Numbered from the stretch's first letter, positions 1 to 13,292 are shown. The stretch is DNA of 64,000 bases from Haliotis rufescens (GCF_023055435.1 NW_025964112.1:12586001-12650000), one strand, 5' to 3'. Notes: generated by a model from the letters alone, not told the origin. A program made the numbers and translations.

Positions 1-214
1 CACAACATTCACTAGATTTACGAATCAGTGCAAATTGCCATCAAATTACTACACAGCAGTTATAATGGCAGTGTACAAGTACACACAAGAGTGTAGTAGT
101 ACAATATTCAATGATAATAAATAATATGATGGCAGGGATCAGTTTCAAATACAAATATACAGTGGTTTCATTGTTTAACTGCCACACATTATACACATTA
201 TATTTCGATGTAGG

Positions 215-380
215 CGGGGCGGTCGGGTAGCCTGGTGGTTAAAGCGTTCGCTCGTCACGCCGAAGACCCGGGTTCGATTCCCGACATGGGTACGATGTGT
301 GAAGCCCATTTCTGGTGTGCCCCGCTGTGGGAATTTTGCTGGAATATTGCTAAAAGCGGCGTAAAATCATACTCACTCAC
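215..380 (+). mobile_element. tRNA-derived SINE, family A (~165 bp, (ACTC)n tail)
   Basis: A box TAGCCTGGTGG and B box GGTTCGATTCC; TSD TCGATGTAGG at 205-214 and 381-390; ten copies in the window. Confidence 0.9.
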
Positions 381-1360
381 TCGATGTAGGAGCTCATTTG
401 TCATGCTTGTTCAAAATCGATTGAAATGATTCTGTCTGTAGGATTTATTGGAGAGTATGATACGTACTCTTTGTGCAACAGAGAAATCCTCACTGTGTTG
501 AGAAGTCATTTACTACCAGGTTCATCATACATGTCATGGAATGAGTTAGCAGACAAAACAAATTGAAGTTTGAACGACTTGAATCAAACTCGAGGATTGA
601 CACTTTGTCAGAGCCCACTTGACTTATTTGCAGAATTAATTTATGCTCTGTATGTGAGCAGATTGTATTTACCTTTAATTGTCAACTTTTAGTACAATTA
701 GTAGTTATTTAATATACCCGTGAACTCCCAGAGCTTACCTGACTCCTTGGTGTAGAACTCTGGTGTCAAAAATAGTTTAGACATATCGATTTATCGTTCT
801 TTTTTATTCTATTTTTAAGTAAATATAATTATTATTTTCATACATGATCGATGTTCAGGGTTTGAGATCAAATGTCAACCGAAAGTGATGCACTGTAAAA
901 CATGTGTTTAGATATGTGTTAACATGTGTTAACATATACAAGACATGTTCAGATCTAAAAGGGGTTAGGAATCATAACTGAGCATGAAGTATCCGGAAGA
1001 TACGTTCGGTGATTCTAACGGGTCAACATTTCTGTACTTACCATGTGATAACGTGTCACGGAGCTGTGCTCAAATGATCAGGGGTGTTATAAAACAAGAA
1101 TAAAGTGAAAAAGAAAACTTTGTAATAGGTTCACAGGTTTATCATATAACTAGTAATTGTACTAATAGTGGACAATTAAAGACAAATCCAATCTCTGCTC
1201 ACACAGATCGTAAATTTATTCTATCAGCGCAAATACACAACTAAGTTTTAGCCAAACAAGTGCGTTACAGCTTTAAAGGAGAGCTGCTCAAAACAACACT
1301 TTGACAAGGTACGGACAAGATGTGTAGACGGCAAATTAAGTCGGCTGTGACCAGTTAACA

Positions 1361-1847
1361 GACAGACAGACAGACAGATTGTTTATTTGAGTCTCACCTC
1401 ACAGACATAAATACATAAATACATATAAAAGGACATAAAAGTGAGCCATCCGTTAAGGGTTACGAGAGACTTAAAATGTATCACAGTATGTACAGCATAA
1501 ATATATTGGTGTGAAAGGGGTATGAAAATATACAACCCGTAACTAGCCATATAAAATATTTTTTCTTCGTTGGAGAATTAAAAAGCAGGTTTTGGCTGTA
1601 AAATATACATAGTATTTAAAAAGTACAATAAGTTTATCCGTATTGCATAACTGTAGAAAGTTGGGATAGCTAAAACTCACCTTTTGGTATAAACTTTCAC
1701 GCAAAGCATCGTACACAGGGCAATCAAGTAATAAATGACATTCATCTTCAATACTTTCCTTACACTGAAAACATACTCTTTCATTCAAATTAATATTCGT
1801 ATATCTGCCTGTTTCCAACTTCAGAGGAGCAGTACCTGATCAAAATT
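1361..1847 (-). mobile_element. Non-LTR retrotransposon 3' fragment (RTE-X/CR1-group-like) with (TCTG)n tail
   Basis: ORF 1543-1818 has the C-terminal CCHC motif ERVCFQC..IEDECHLLLDCPVY; AATAAA followed by a TCTG tail; the paralogous site at ~57270 is empty. Confidence 0.85.
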
Positions 1848-2396
1848 CACACCTGAGTCAATTAACTCCACACTCTAATGAGTGAATAGCCTCAGCTCAG
1901 AAACATAAGAGGAAATAAACACCGAGAGCTTATCCCTAAAATGAGTCTACAAAACAGACCATTGTGTCTGAATTTCAACTAGTCTTAATCGACTAAAGAT
2001 TCTGTCACTTTGACTGAACAGGGAAATTCTAAAGTTCCCAATAGTTAGTTATCCACGGATTGCTAGAAAAAACTGAGTATTACAAACCCTAGTAACTAAG
2101 ATTAGTTCAGTACAACCTGACTAAGTCAGAATCTAGATCGACATAGCCCCGAACCCAACTACTGACGAAACCTGAGTTTCGACCGTGACCACTCAAGTAG
2201 TGAGACAATCGTGAACGATTTAACGGAGCCTGGAAGGCCAAGACACCAGATTTTGCAAAGTTTGTAATAATTATATACACTGCGCGCGGTCGTTGGAGGG
2301 GAACATCCTCTCCTGGACCGTAGGAGAATACAACTGACGGGCACACCTAGCTATCGCGTGTTTCTAAACATGGGGAAATGACGAATAGCAAAATAC

Positions 2397-2612
2397 TTAA
2401 TCTACACTGAAGATGTGAGTCCTTTCACATCTCTCTTGACGTGATTTTATGGTCTTCAGTTCTGTTGACATAACAGCTACAGTGCGTTCCAGTCGAAGCA
2501 TAGCGGTGAACACACTATTTAAAACACAGTTCGGTGTGTTGCCCGGTGCTGGGCTGCTGGAGGTAGAGGCAGCAACAACAAACAACGCCAGCGCAAACAT
2601 ACAACGCATCAT
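2397..2612 (-). pseudogene. C1qDC exon 1 (signal peptide plus partial coiled coil), truncated by a deletion that removed the splice donor
   Basis: MMRCMFALALFVVAASTSS..ERCER runs into intron sequence (THIFSVD*); relative to the 58-kb paralog about 57824-58389 is missing; TATA box changed to TATAGAA. Confidence 0.8.
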
Positions 2613-3157
2613 GATCACTGGGAAGGGTAAACGCGATAAAGTAAAAGCTCGGTGTGTTCTATACCCTAGCTTGACAGAAGTGTCAATGTTAATATTGATT
2701 ATCATCCACCAGGCATCATGATCTCATTGTGCATGGTCAGCATCAAAATATGAACAGCTGACGGACCATCTATCAGGTACGGATTTTGTTTTTTCTCCTC
2801 CATGTGAGCGGATATTGGATCGTTCCAAACAACGAGTGTGAGAATATTATTTCATGCCGAAGTCAGCGATGTTCAAGCTGTGTGAGATCGGCCTAAATAT
2901 TCGAGTGTAGTTCCGGCAAACGAGTGATTGACAGCACGAGCATCGAGTCGAATATGATCACATGTAATATTCGACAATGACATTGAAGAAACAAGACATT
3001 GATTCTGATTGGTTGAAAAGAGATACCCGTTTTCCTACTTAAACTTATTTTAAATATAATAAGCCTTTTCTAAAAAAATCAGTGCATATGGATACATCGA
3101 TAACCTACATATAAATCCATTTAAAAAATGGCTGTCCATCATGATCCGAATTGTAGA

Positions 3158-3448
3158 CCGTACTTCCTCTATTAGACGCATCAATAATAAACGCTGGCCT
3201 CGAATACAGGACGGGTCAACGGCTCTCGCAGAAATTAAGTGAGTGAGTGAGTAAGTGAATATGGTTTTACACTGCTTTTCGCAATATTCCATCAATATTC
3301 CGGCGGGGGACACCAGAAATGGGCTTCACACATTGTACCCATGTCGGGAATCGAACTCGGGTCTTCGGCGTGACGAGCGAACGTTTTAACCACTAGGCCA
3401 CCCGACCACCCCTAGAAATTAATAGAGCGCCTAATAGAGGAAATACGG
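3158..3448. mobile_element. pogo/Tigger-like MITE with a nested SINE
   Basis: TIRs CCGTACTTCCTCTATTAGACGC / GCGCCTAATAGAGGAAATACGG; TA on the right flank. Confidence 0.7.
3239..3413 (-). mobile_element. SINE family A
   Basis: Reverse complement of the family A consensus; TSD AGAAATTAA. Confidence 0.9.
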
Positions 3449-3620
3449 TACGTTTGATATCGGATGTTTTCAGCAACGATCGTGACGTCCTAGGCCGTAA
3501 CCCTGATTGGGTCGGGGATGAGATGACAACACTAAACAAATGCTAAATTTTATAACAGATGTATAGTTTTCTCGACTGCTTGTAAAATATTTGACAGTAC
3601 AATCGCTCCAATATTGTTGT

Positions 3621-4270
3621 ACCCCTTCCAAAGTTATGTGATGCTTAAAGTATTATATGAGAATGGAAACGCCAATTGGGCATCGTATGTGAGACAAATG
3701 TTATTTAATAGCGGTTTTGCATATGTGTGGTTATTCCAAGATGTTGATGATAGGAACATGTTTTTATCTGCATTTAGAAGCCCTTAAGAGATATACATTT
3801 CCAATCATGGTACCACAGTTTAGAGTCGTCTACGTTTTTAGTGCATTATGCTTATACAAAATCTCCCCTGCAACCCGAATTATACATAACAGTACTCAGA
3901 GACAAACGATTGGTTAGAGCATTGTGAAAATTTCGAATATCTCAACATGATTCGTAAAAGTTCATAGCTAAATATACCTCATACAGAAACTATATGTAAA
4001 GAATGTGACCTTCATTTAGTAGATGATGAATACCATGTCTTTTTTGTAGGTAAGAAATATATTCACTTGAGAAATACTTTTTTACCTCATTACAGAAATA
4101 TTATAAAGGTAATAATACGTTTGCAAATTTATCTAAATCATGTGATATTAATTTACTACGCTTGATAGCTTTATATATATGTAAATTATTTAAAATGAGA
4201 TCGACAGATGTAACACTCTTGGCATGTGACCTAAAATGTGGCCTGAAATACGAAATAAACTTGATTGATA
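3621..4270 (+). mobile_element. Degenerate LINE 3' fragment, same broad group as the 20-kb LINE
   Basis: Translates to NWASYVRQMLFNSGFAYVWLFQDV and CKECDLHLVDDEYHVFFV; ends AATAAACTTGATTGA. Confidence 0.7.
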
Positions 4271-4294
4271 TATTGCTGTCAGTTTAAACACGAA

Positions 4295-4441
4295 TAAGTG
4301 AGTATGGTTGTACGCCGCTTTAGCAATATTCCAGCAATATCATGGCGGGGGCACCAGAAATGGGCTTCACACATTGTACTCATGTCGGGAATCGAACCCG
4401 TGTCTTCGGCGTGACAAGCGAACGCTTAAACCGACCGCCCC
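4295..4441 (-). mobile_element. SINE family A
   Basis: Reverse complement of family A with a small internal deletion. Confidence 0.85.
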
Positions 4442-5179
4442 AGTGTAAACATGAAGTCACACGTACTGAATATAATTGTCTTTAGAACTACATCATTCGT
4501 AAATAATCGCGATATAAAAAATTATAGAAATTGACTTTCACTTTTGTGAGTTCATCAAAGCATGAACCTTCATAGATTGAGGGCCAAACAGAACATATAT
4601 TCATCCGGTTCCCGATAAAACTTGCTGAGCCAGGGTGCACTTTGGATTTGTGCATAAAAAGTAACGTGGAAAATATCTAAAATAACGTTTTCCTCATGCC
4701 ACCCTTCAGGATACGGGGCGTACCTGACAGCGAGGTGTGCAGCTAAAGGTGTAGCGTTGTTGGGACAATGGATACTGGTCGAATGCTTCATCACCTGGCC
4801 TAAGTGCTTCACACGTTTCTTATTTTTACAAACACCCACTGCACGATCTAATTATTTATGCTGTTTCCCCATGGAGACAGATGTCATTATTTTCGTACAT
4901 TTGTATACTTGCGGAATACACCTGAAATATTGACTTCACATTATGCACCATGGCTGATAAGATCTTTTGAAACAACGAGGTGTTCTAGGTGCATTAATGC
5001 TAAAAGCGCGGACAATCATGCAAATGTGACAGCTGGTTCTACGTGCAACTCTGGACATTTTAGTCTAGACTTTAAACGGGAAATACGTTAAATTGGATGT
5101 ATTAAATTTCGTTGCCATGCCACACAATGCCAACAAAAAGAACATGTAAATCACGAAACTTCACGACAATTCATTGTCC

Positions 5180-5690
5180 AAACAAAAAGAAATCTCGCGA
5201 AACAGTATCGCGATTCATCAGTGAAAATGACTTGAGTCCAGTCCTGGTCTGTCAAATTGACGTGATCTGCAACCCATCCAAATATCTTTGTCTGTGATGT
5301 CTGGTCAGTGGGGTGCGAAGGCCTCCATGACAGGAGACTAGCCCAAAGAAGGCGATTACGCACAGTCTGAGTAGAAACGTCAACGCCACTGCATGGCGTT
5401 CCCCAGGTCATTTCTGAGTGAGATGGCAGTCTCGAAGTGATGACGTCTCGAAGTGATGACGTCTTGTTGCATTCAAGAGAAACCTGTCTCCCCGCTATGT
5501 GTTGGAACGCTGTCGACCCGCTGCATATCGCTGGGTACGTGATCCATACGTCTGGTATCGATTCCTGGTCCTGACCTTCCTGGTCACACTTTGGCTGACA
5601 CAAAAAGACGTTTGCAACGTGACGTTGTGTTCATCCAGTTTCAAGCATTCCCAGGCATCTTCCTAATTCTTTGGTCGTCAAACGATGTCT
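5180..5690 (-). mobile_element. Old Tc1/mariner transposase fragment (N-terminal half)
   Basis: QTVRNRL and WTQVIFTDESRYC (first catalytic Asp motif); frameshifted. Confidence 0.75.
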
Positions 5691-6130
5691 TTGACGCTTA
5701 GGGGCCATAGGTGCATCCAGTTGTTGCAATCCTTAGCAGCCAATGTTGTGCTCTCTGATAATGATTTGCAACGATTCTGACAGGATACATCCAAGCACAG
5801 GTCTGCCTCTCTCCGTTCATCACGAAATTGAGGTCCTATAGGGTTTACCCAGTCTTTATGACCAGGATATTTCAATCTTTATTTGTTGGATGATTTTTTA
5901 TATCATCAAAACTTGATCCTCAGCAAACTTTGGGTAGTATACCCCAGTCCTTTGGTCACATTTATCAACATCACAGGCCAGTAAATGTTTCTCGTGTAGC
6001 TACGATAGCAAATATAATCTATGTCACCATGACCGGCCTACAAAACTAACGGGAAACCGGGTCACTTAGGTTACTGGAGATAAGGATTTGCTTTGTTTAT
6101 CTGTTTGTTTGCTTGTGTGATCTTAATATA

Positions 6131-7615
6131 TACTGAACAACAAAAGTTCCTGTGACATTGAATAAGATTTAATGCGAAGTTATGTTTTTTACCAAATCTG
6201 AAACAATTTCGGTTTACAACAGATAAAAGACTCCTTTAAGTGTGCTAATGGTTTAATTTGCCATACTGACTTCAGAAAATGCGTGATTTCATTTTTAAAA
6301 AATATGAACATGAAAAATGTCAATTTACAAATCAATAGCGTGTGTGTCCAACTCTGGTTGCGATGCAAGCAACACATCTTCGTCTCATGGAATGGACCAG
6401 GCGTCGCACAAAGTCCTTTGGGACATCTGTCCATATCTGCTGGATCATGTTTCGAAGTTCATGGAGTGTCTGTGGAACAGGTGGTTGACGTCGAAGGCAC
6501 CGATCCATCTCATCCCACATGTGCTCGATAAGTGAGCGATCAGGGGAGCGAGCCGACCAGGGGATGGCATTCACGTTGGTTTGTTGAAGAGAATCCTGAA
6601 CAAGTCGAGCAATATGAGGCCGGGCGTTGTCATGTTGAAAGGTAATGCCTGGGGCATGACGACGCAAAAACGGTAGATAAACAGGGCCGATGATCTCGTC
6701 GCGGTGGCGCTGTCCATTGAGATTTCCCTCTACAACTATCAAACGGGTCCTCTGTCTTGCTGTAATCCCACCCCATACCATAACACTGCCGCCCCCGAAC
6801 CGATCTTCTTCCATGACACACTGATTGACGTAACGTTCGCCTCGACGTCGGTACAGTCGAATCCGTCCTTCGCTGTGGCTGAGGTGAATAGAACTTGTCT
6901 CCACTGCATGGCCGTCCAGCGTAGATGCTGTCTGCACCACTGTAGACGTGCTTGACGGTGGTTTCCTGTCAAAAGAGGACTTCTGGGGGGTCTTCTGGCG
7001 ACAATCCCTGCACATCTGAGGCGGCGACGTACAGTTTGTAAAGATATTCGTCGGAGGCCAGGAATACAGTCACTGTTGCTGGCTGGAATCGATTTCGTAG
7101 GTGTGTTGTTCGAATCCAGTTTTCTTGTCGATCATTGGTTACGCGTGGCCTTCCACTCCGAGGATGGTCTTTGACTGCTCCGTCTGTTGCCAACGTTGCC
7201 ATAAGCACCAAATGGTGTTTCTGTGGACGTTAAATTGTCTTGCAACATACGTTGACTCGATCCTGCTTCAAGCATACCAATCACTAGCAGACGCTCATTT
7301 TCGGACAGGCGTGGCATTTCGTAATGTTGAATAATTGCGTAATTTTGTTGTTTTTCTGAGTGGTTGTTGTCAGCACGATGCTAAACAATGCACATGAAAT
7401 CCCGTTAACGCACATGTTTTTATACCCATTCTTGGGTAGTGAAATACATGGGGCTTGCATAAAAGTCAACTTTTGCATGGAATGCACGCTTTTCTGTAGC
7501 AGTTGCGTTTTTGTGACTTGATTCCATACATGTACTACAGTATTGAAAACCAAACTTTACTTGTTTGAAAAATTCACTAAAATATTGGTGTCACCGAAAC
7601 TTTTGTTGTTGAGTA
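6131..7615 (-). mobile_element. Full-length but defective Tc1 (DD34E) DNA transposon
   Basis: 27-bp TIRs TACTGAACAACAAAAGTTCCTGTGACA / TGTCACCGAAACTTTTGTTGTTGAGTA; TA TSD; transposase 7317->6332 in several frames (GRPR, GGGSVMVWG, FQHDNARPH, SPDRSLIEHMW); DESRF motif deleted. Confidence 0.93.
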
Positions 7616-10069
7616 TAATATAAACGGCCTGTTTCATTCAGGTTTCTCGATGGCTGAAACTTGAATGAGTAAAATAATGTAATGGTGTGTAAGTGTTAAT
7701 GCTTCCTGGTGTATTTGGCACTTGTACTGTCTTTTATTCGGGTTAGTTAAGTCTCAACTACAATTTCGTTCTTCACTTTTTCAGTTCGATATAGCCAACT
7801 GGTCTTGAATCGGACGTGTTTTGATCATCAAGGTCATTCGTCCCCACTCGCCCCTTTCCGTAACCTGCAAGAAGACTCGTCCCCCTAAATCCATGTGCGA
7901 AAATACGACAAACCAGAATGCGCGTATAATTTTAAGTTCTTTGTAAAAAAATCCCTCAGAAATAATTTTTGATTTTACATATGTCTTGCATCTCAGAATA
8001 TACCAAAGACATGGTTAAATGTGTTCAATCATACTTTATAATTCCGCACGTCCCGACGTGCTTTAAATTGCATCTGAAATATATATAATATATGGGGAAA
8101 ATGTGAGAACCATTACGCTAAGACGGAACCCGGCCATGAGAAGGGCACGATTCGCTATTCGGCTTGTCCCGGAATAACACGAGTTGGTCACGAATGCATC
8201 AAGGCTCCATCTTTTGGAAATAGGTTACTCTGATGAATGGTATTTTACTCCACTCAACCAGCGACAAAGCTTTGTCTGGATGAACGAGTGACTTCCTTGA
8301 GTCACAACTTTAATAACTCATAAAAAGTGTTAGACCGCAGTAAAGAAAGGTTATTTGGTGCAAGGAACTATCATCTAACGAAGGAACAGTTGTGAGTTGT
8401 GTCACTGTGTCAAATTCAAAGTTTTATGTGATGATGCTGACAGAATAAATTAAATCTGATATAAATGTAATGAGGTGGCATAACAAATTATAGTACATAC
8501 AAATTTCCATTGAAGTGACTCCGCCGTGGTTTTGACGAATCATGATCGGGACGAATATTATATTATATTTCACGCCTAGATCAATGGACCCTGACAAGGG
8601 CGGGTCCAGCATATTTTTTTTTAAATATCTAAATCCTCACTCAGTGAGGGGTGGGGGGATTGTCTACAACTTACTACATTTCGTTTTCAAAAAGGATGCA
8701 AGCCCACTGATATACCATGCCGCAGATCAACATGAATACCCCACTCAGGCACAGTATACTGACTCAGAGCCGACCAGTCCTTATTTTATCCCAGACCCAG
8801 ACAGGGTAACAACAAGTACCATCTTTTAACGTCTTTTAGTATGACGCGTCCAGGGATTCATCCGGTGTAAGCAATGTTTAACCTGGCTGATTGTGTATCA
8901 CTGTATACTTACACCCTGCACCATTATCCGGGCTGTATCACTTACATGTTGTACCCGTGAAGATCCGGGTTAGAAGACGTCTCCAAGCTGTCAAAATAGT
9001 GTTGACTGTCACCTGTAGCAGCACTCATACACTTACTTAGTTTATATATAGGTTAGAGCACGGGAACCGGGTGACCAACAGTTTTAACGATAAGAAACCA
9101 TGTTTCGAGTCCTCTAACCTATTTGAACCATGGCCAACATTCAGAGAACCCTGGTACAAAAATGCTGAAACAGCAGTGTTTTCATAGGCGTATTTCAAAA
9201 CATATTCAAGAACTCTATGCTAAAACTCTGATGCACGTGAAGTATGTTCCCTGGGTCTTTCACACGTGCATCTCGCTCTTTGGCGATTCGGGTTATGAAA
9301 TGCATGTCCCGGGGCTCGTAAACATTTCAGATAGGACCAACTCGAGAATATTTATCAATCAGTTAAATATTACTTGCCCGTCTAGCCTGGCCCATTATGA
9401 GCAAATACAGCCCTGATCAATATAAGAGTAGTTTCTTTCTATCTGTTTATTTATTTAGGGGAACAGCCACCAAATCACACGTACGTATGATGCATAGAAT
9501 AACATTAAAACCTACTGCATAAAGCACATATTTCACGGTTCATGAACGTATAAACTATAAGTCCTGATGTAAGTAAATATATATTTAGTTGTTAATGTTA
9601 TAACATTTCTTCCATGTCGCCGTGACAGACGACTACATTTGTGAGCCTTTCGTGCGGACTTCGCCGGCTCGAATACCGCTGGCGACACACTTTTTTCGTG
9701 AAATTGTTGTGTCATCAAGGGAAACGGTACGGAAAGAAAGAAACTCCGTCACTGCTAAGTGGTGTTTAACTATCGATGTACTCCGGTAGTTAATGCAGGG
9801 TCAAAGACAAAGGAAAAAAGTTTTATTTCCACCACAATGTGCTTGCCAGACAGAGCCAGTTGACATGACTCCACATTTTCCCTTTCTGAGGGGTATGCCA
9901 AACGTACCGTAACAGGTGGCTATTAACAGTGAGAGACGGCCTGCTTCGGGGAACATATATATTTGACATAAATTAGGTGTTTCGTCGTGTCAATTCCTGA
10001 GCCGTTGACGGAATCTAATATCTATTCCTAATTGTGTGTCGCCTCGTAGCATATGAAATTGACTTCACA

Positions 10070-10705
10070 CATTGTCGCATTGTCGCCCTTAAAAAAACAA
10101 GCAAAAAGTGTCAAAACACGATCTTTTGGCCACAATGCGACAACCGACATATTTTGACCTTGAAAAAATGTCGCGTTGTCGTATTGTCGCGTTTTACATA
10201 ATCTTTTTGATTTATCAAAACGCGACATTGCGACAAAGCGACATTTTTTCAAGGTCAAAATATTTAGCGTTGTCGCATTGTCGTCTCATTAAAAAAGTGT
10301 GAAGAAGGCGTTAAAATGCGCAACGATGCGACATTGCGACATTCCAGTGGTCTTTAGTTAGTTCCAATGGTTCTAAAACCAGAGTAGCAATGACAATATG
10401 GTTTGCATTTCTCAAACTGATAATGCGCATGCGCGCCATTAATCGAATAGGGCGACAACGTGACAATGCGACATTATCAAAATGTTGCAATGTCGTAGGT
10501 CGCGTTGTCGCGCATTTTAACGCCTTCTTCACACATTTTGTATGAGGCGACAATACGACAACGCGACATATTTTGACCTTGAAAAATGTCCCATTGTCGC
10601 ATTGTCACAATAAATTGGCTAATTTTGACACCTTTTTGCTTGTTTTTGGAAGGTCGACAAAACGACAATGCGACAACGCGACAATGTCCCTTCTAGTATT
10701 CCACA
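10070..10705. mobile_element. Foldback/MITE built from (GCGACAAT/C) modules with nested inverted repeats
   Basis: 10075-10340 is inverted relative to 10480-10690; second copy at 18735-19400; absent from the paralogous site at ~53590-53640. Confidence 0.8.
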
Positions 10706-10791
10706 GAAAACGTACTTTCCTCTAATACCATAAGAATATAACAATACTGTTTACTGAAACGTTAAAATCACTCTTTCCACTTCTGTGCTCA

Positions 10792-11043
10792 GCCATGAAG
10801 ATCCGGGTTAGAATAGGTGTTCAGCAACCAATGCTTGCCATAAAAGAAGACTATGCTTGTCGTAAGAGGTGACCAACAGGATCGGGTGGTCACGCTCACT
10901 GACTTGGTTGATGCATGTCATCGCATCCCAATTGCGTGGATCGATGCTCATGATGTTAATCACTGGATTGTCTGGTCCAGACCGCCGTCGTATAGCTGCA
11001 AAATTGCTGAGTGCGGCAAACAAACAAACCTCACTCACTCACT
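10792..11043 (+). mobile_element. SINE family B (no tRNA head; GTCGTAAGAGGCGAC Nin-like core; (AAAC)n tail)
   Basis: Matches more than 20 copies or fragments in the window. Confidence 0.85.
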
Positions 11044-11152
11044 ATTATAATAGTATTAATGATCAGAAGTCAGAAAAAACACCTTCATGTGGTATGTTTA
11101 TTCATGTTTGAGCATCAGTGTACACTGCAATGGCATTGGAATGCCAGCTTCA

Positions 11153-11550
11153 TTAATTGACGTGTGTGAGCATTCCTCCATAACTTGAAAATGCCTGTCC
11201 TTTCAACGGAATGGTTGCTGTTGGGCTGTCATAAGCATCCATCCAGACCTGGTCTCCTTGGTTCAAGTGTGTGGTAGTGGTGATGGATGCTACGCCATAT
11301 TGCTTCCAAGTGATATAACCACGAGCAATCACCGAGCTTCCTCTGTAGATGCGGAGAATCATGTGGGCGACAGATGTTACCATCACATTTGCCCAGAAGA
11401 GGTATGTGCCAGAAACGGGGGCCGTGAATATGCCAGTAGCCTTGTTATAAGCATTCCCCTTGTTATATGAGACGGTGTCAAATTTCAAAGGCTTTCCTCC
11501 AATTTGGTTGATGTCTGACGGAAGGGAAACGCTGTACGCCACGTCCGTTC
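11153..11550 (-). CDS. C1qDC gene A, exon 2: globular C1q domain
   Basis: VAYSV..LKFDTVSYNKGNAYNKATGIFTAPVSGTYLF..HLNQGDQVWM..FSSYGGML is typical gC1q; phase-1 AG acceptor at 11552-11551; AATAAA at 11102-11097. Confidence 0.93.
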
Positions 11551-12005
11551 CTTTAGTTTTTAAAAAAATTGAAAATATGTATGTATATATTGCGATGTAG
11601 TATTACCGCTCTATTATTATTAAATTGAATGAAATGATTCTGTCAATAGGATTTACTGGAGATTATGATAGGTACTATTTGTTCAAATGAGTCACCATCG
11701 CTGTGTTAAGAGAAGTCATTTACTGCCAGGTTGACATAACATGGGTTAATTATGTGAATGTGGGAATATAATGATCACTTTTGGAGATGTACCGTAACGA
11801 CATTTCAGATCAGACATTTTCAGATTATCTTTCAGACCTATTCGAAAAAATGAACATTTGAATCAAACGGTTTAGTAACAATGGTTATGCTATGATTGAT
11901 TCATGTACGAACGTTCACCATAGTATCACATGCGTAATAACAAATACTTTAACAATTAGTGTTCAAAAGATAACACAACTGATATGGCTATGTCTAAATC
12001 CAGAG

Positions 12006-12295
12006 GGGGCACGGGTGGCCCAGTCGTCTGAGGCGCCGTGATTCGCTGTGCAGAGTTGCGTCCCTTGGGCACGCCAAAAACCAATGATTGTGGGTTCTAA
12101 TCCCGGTTCACCACGATTGTGTTTCTAGGTTTGTCAGCACCATACCCGTGCTCGTGGGTTTCACCGAAGTGGTAAACGTCTGAGACCTGCATCACTTCGG
12201 GCTTTCCTGTCACATTAAGCTGACACGCCGCGATATTACTGTAATACTGTTAAAAGCGGTGTTAAACCCAACTCACTCACTCACTCACTCACACA
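12006..12295 (+). mobile_element. tRNA-derived SINE family C (V-domain/RUDI-like)
   Basis: B box GGTTCTAATCC; GTGGGTTTC..TTTCCT..CACA core; (ACTC)n tail; TSD CTAAATCCAGAG; truncated copies in each 3618-bp unit and at 51315-51445. Confidence 0.8.
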
Positions 12296-12387
12296 CTAAA
12301 TCCAGAGACCGTTTCTTCGGACGTTATAAAACGTTTATCACAGTCCATACACCGTACATATTAGAAAAGAACTGTGATTTGATGAGG

Positions 12388-12505
12388 AATATAATATACG
12401 TTGTCAACCGATCTTAAGCTTAAGGGGCATATAGGGCAACCCTGACGGCTCGGGGTACATCACACTATATGCCCCGAGTGATCGGTTGACAACTTATATT
12501 ATATT
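12388..12505. repeat. Long imperfect hairpin, probably the end of a non-autonomous DNA element
   Basis: AATATAATATACGTTGTCAACCGATC..GGGGCATATAG versus CTATATGCCCC..GATCGGTTGACAACTTATATTATATT. Confidence 0.6.
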
Positions 12506-13030
12506 TACCGAGTAAAACGTTTTGATTCAGCCATTTTCACAGCTAGCAGACGAGGCAAACCGAATCACTTCCTTTTACCCAATGCATTCGGATAAACGCC
12601 GGTTCATTTCAGGTCAACGATATTTATGCGAGACAAGCAAGTAACCTTAGGTGTGTTCTAAGTGACTTCTCAGGGGGTATATGAGCGGGCGACATGTTGA
12701 TTAATTGCCCGTTCCTTAACCAATCAGAAGCTAGTAGTTTAATGTATGGTGAAACAAGTAGGGTTATCAACCTCTCAAGAACGAGGGTATGGAATTTCCT
12801 CAGTTTATAAATCTTACGATCATGGGAGATAAGTTCGGTGATTCTAACGGGTCAACATTCAGTACTTACCAATCTTCCTTTCACTCCTCTCTTGACGTGA
12901 GTCTATGGCCTTCAGTTTTATTGACATAACAGTTACGGAGCGTTCCAGTAGAAGCATGGCGGTTAACATACTATAAAAAACACTTTCCGATTCTTAACCT
13001 GATGCGACGGACTGGTAAGTCTATACTTAC

Positions 13031-13292
13031 CGAGAGCTCTTGTAATTTTGGCGAGCAGTGCGTCTTTGCCTTGAAGATTAGATGTCATTGATAAAATCTT
13101 CCTTTCACTCCTCTGTTGACGTGATTCTAAGGCCTTCAGTTTTGTTGACATCACAGCTACAGTGCGTTCCAGTCGAAGCATGGCGGTGAACAAAACATGT
13201 AAATTGGTATTTGGTCTGTTGTGTACTGTAGGGCTGCTGGAGGCAGAGGCAGCAACAACAAACAACGCCAGCACAAACATACAACGCATCAT
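13031..13292 (-). CDS. C1qDC gene A, exon 1: signal peptide plus coiled coil (spliced product ~219 aa)
   Basis: MMRCMFVLALFVVAASASS signal peptide; heptad-rich segment; CTC G|GTAAGT phase-1 donor is compatible with the acceptor at 11550. Confidence 0.85.

Larger units (their letters stand above)
385..2870 (-). repeat. Paralogous C1qDC intron/exon-1 segment, homologous to ~56650-58830
   Basis: Long collinear matches, e.g. 1010-1360 to 56920-57270 and 1850-2420 to 57270-57823. Confidence 0.85.

Noticed and set aside
1-200. gC1q exon for the 2.5-kb exon 1
   Set aside because: Intron homology stops near position 200 and no gC1q sequence is visible; it may lie outside the window
215-290. tRNA-Asp gene
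   Set aside because: It is a SINE head: poor acceptor stem, followed by a SINE body, tail and TSD
8225-8260. Hammerhead ribozyme (CTGATGA)
   Set aside because: No correctly placed GAAA or supporting stems
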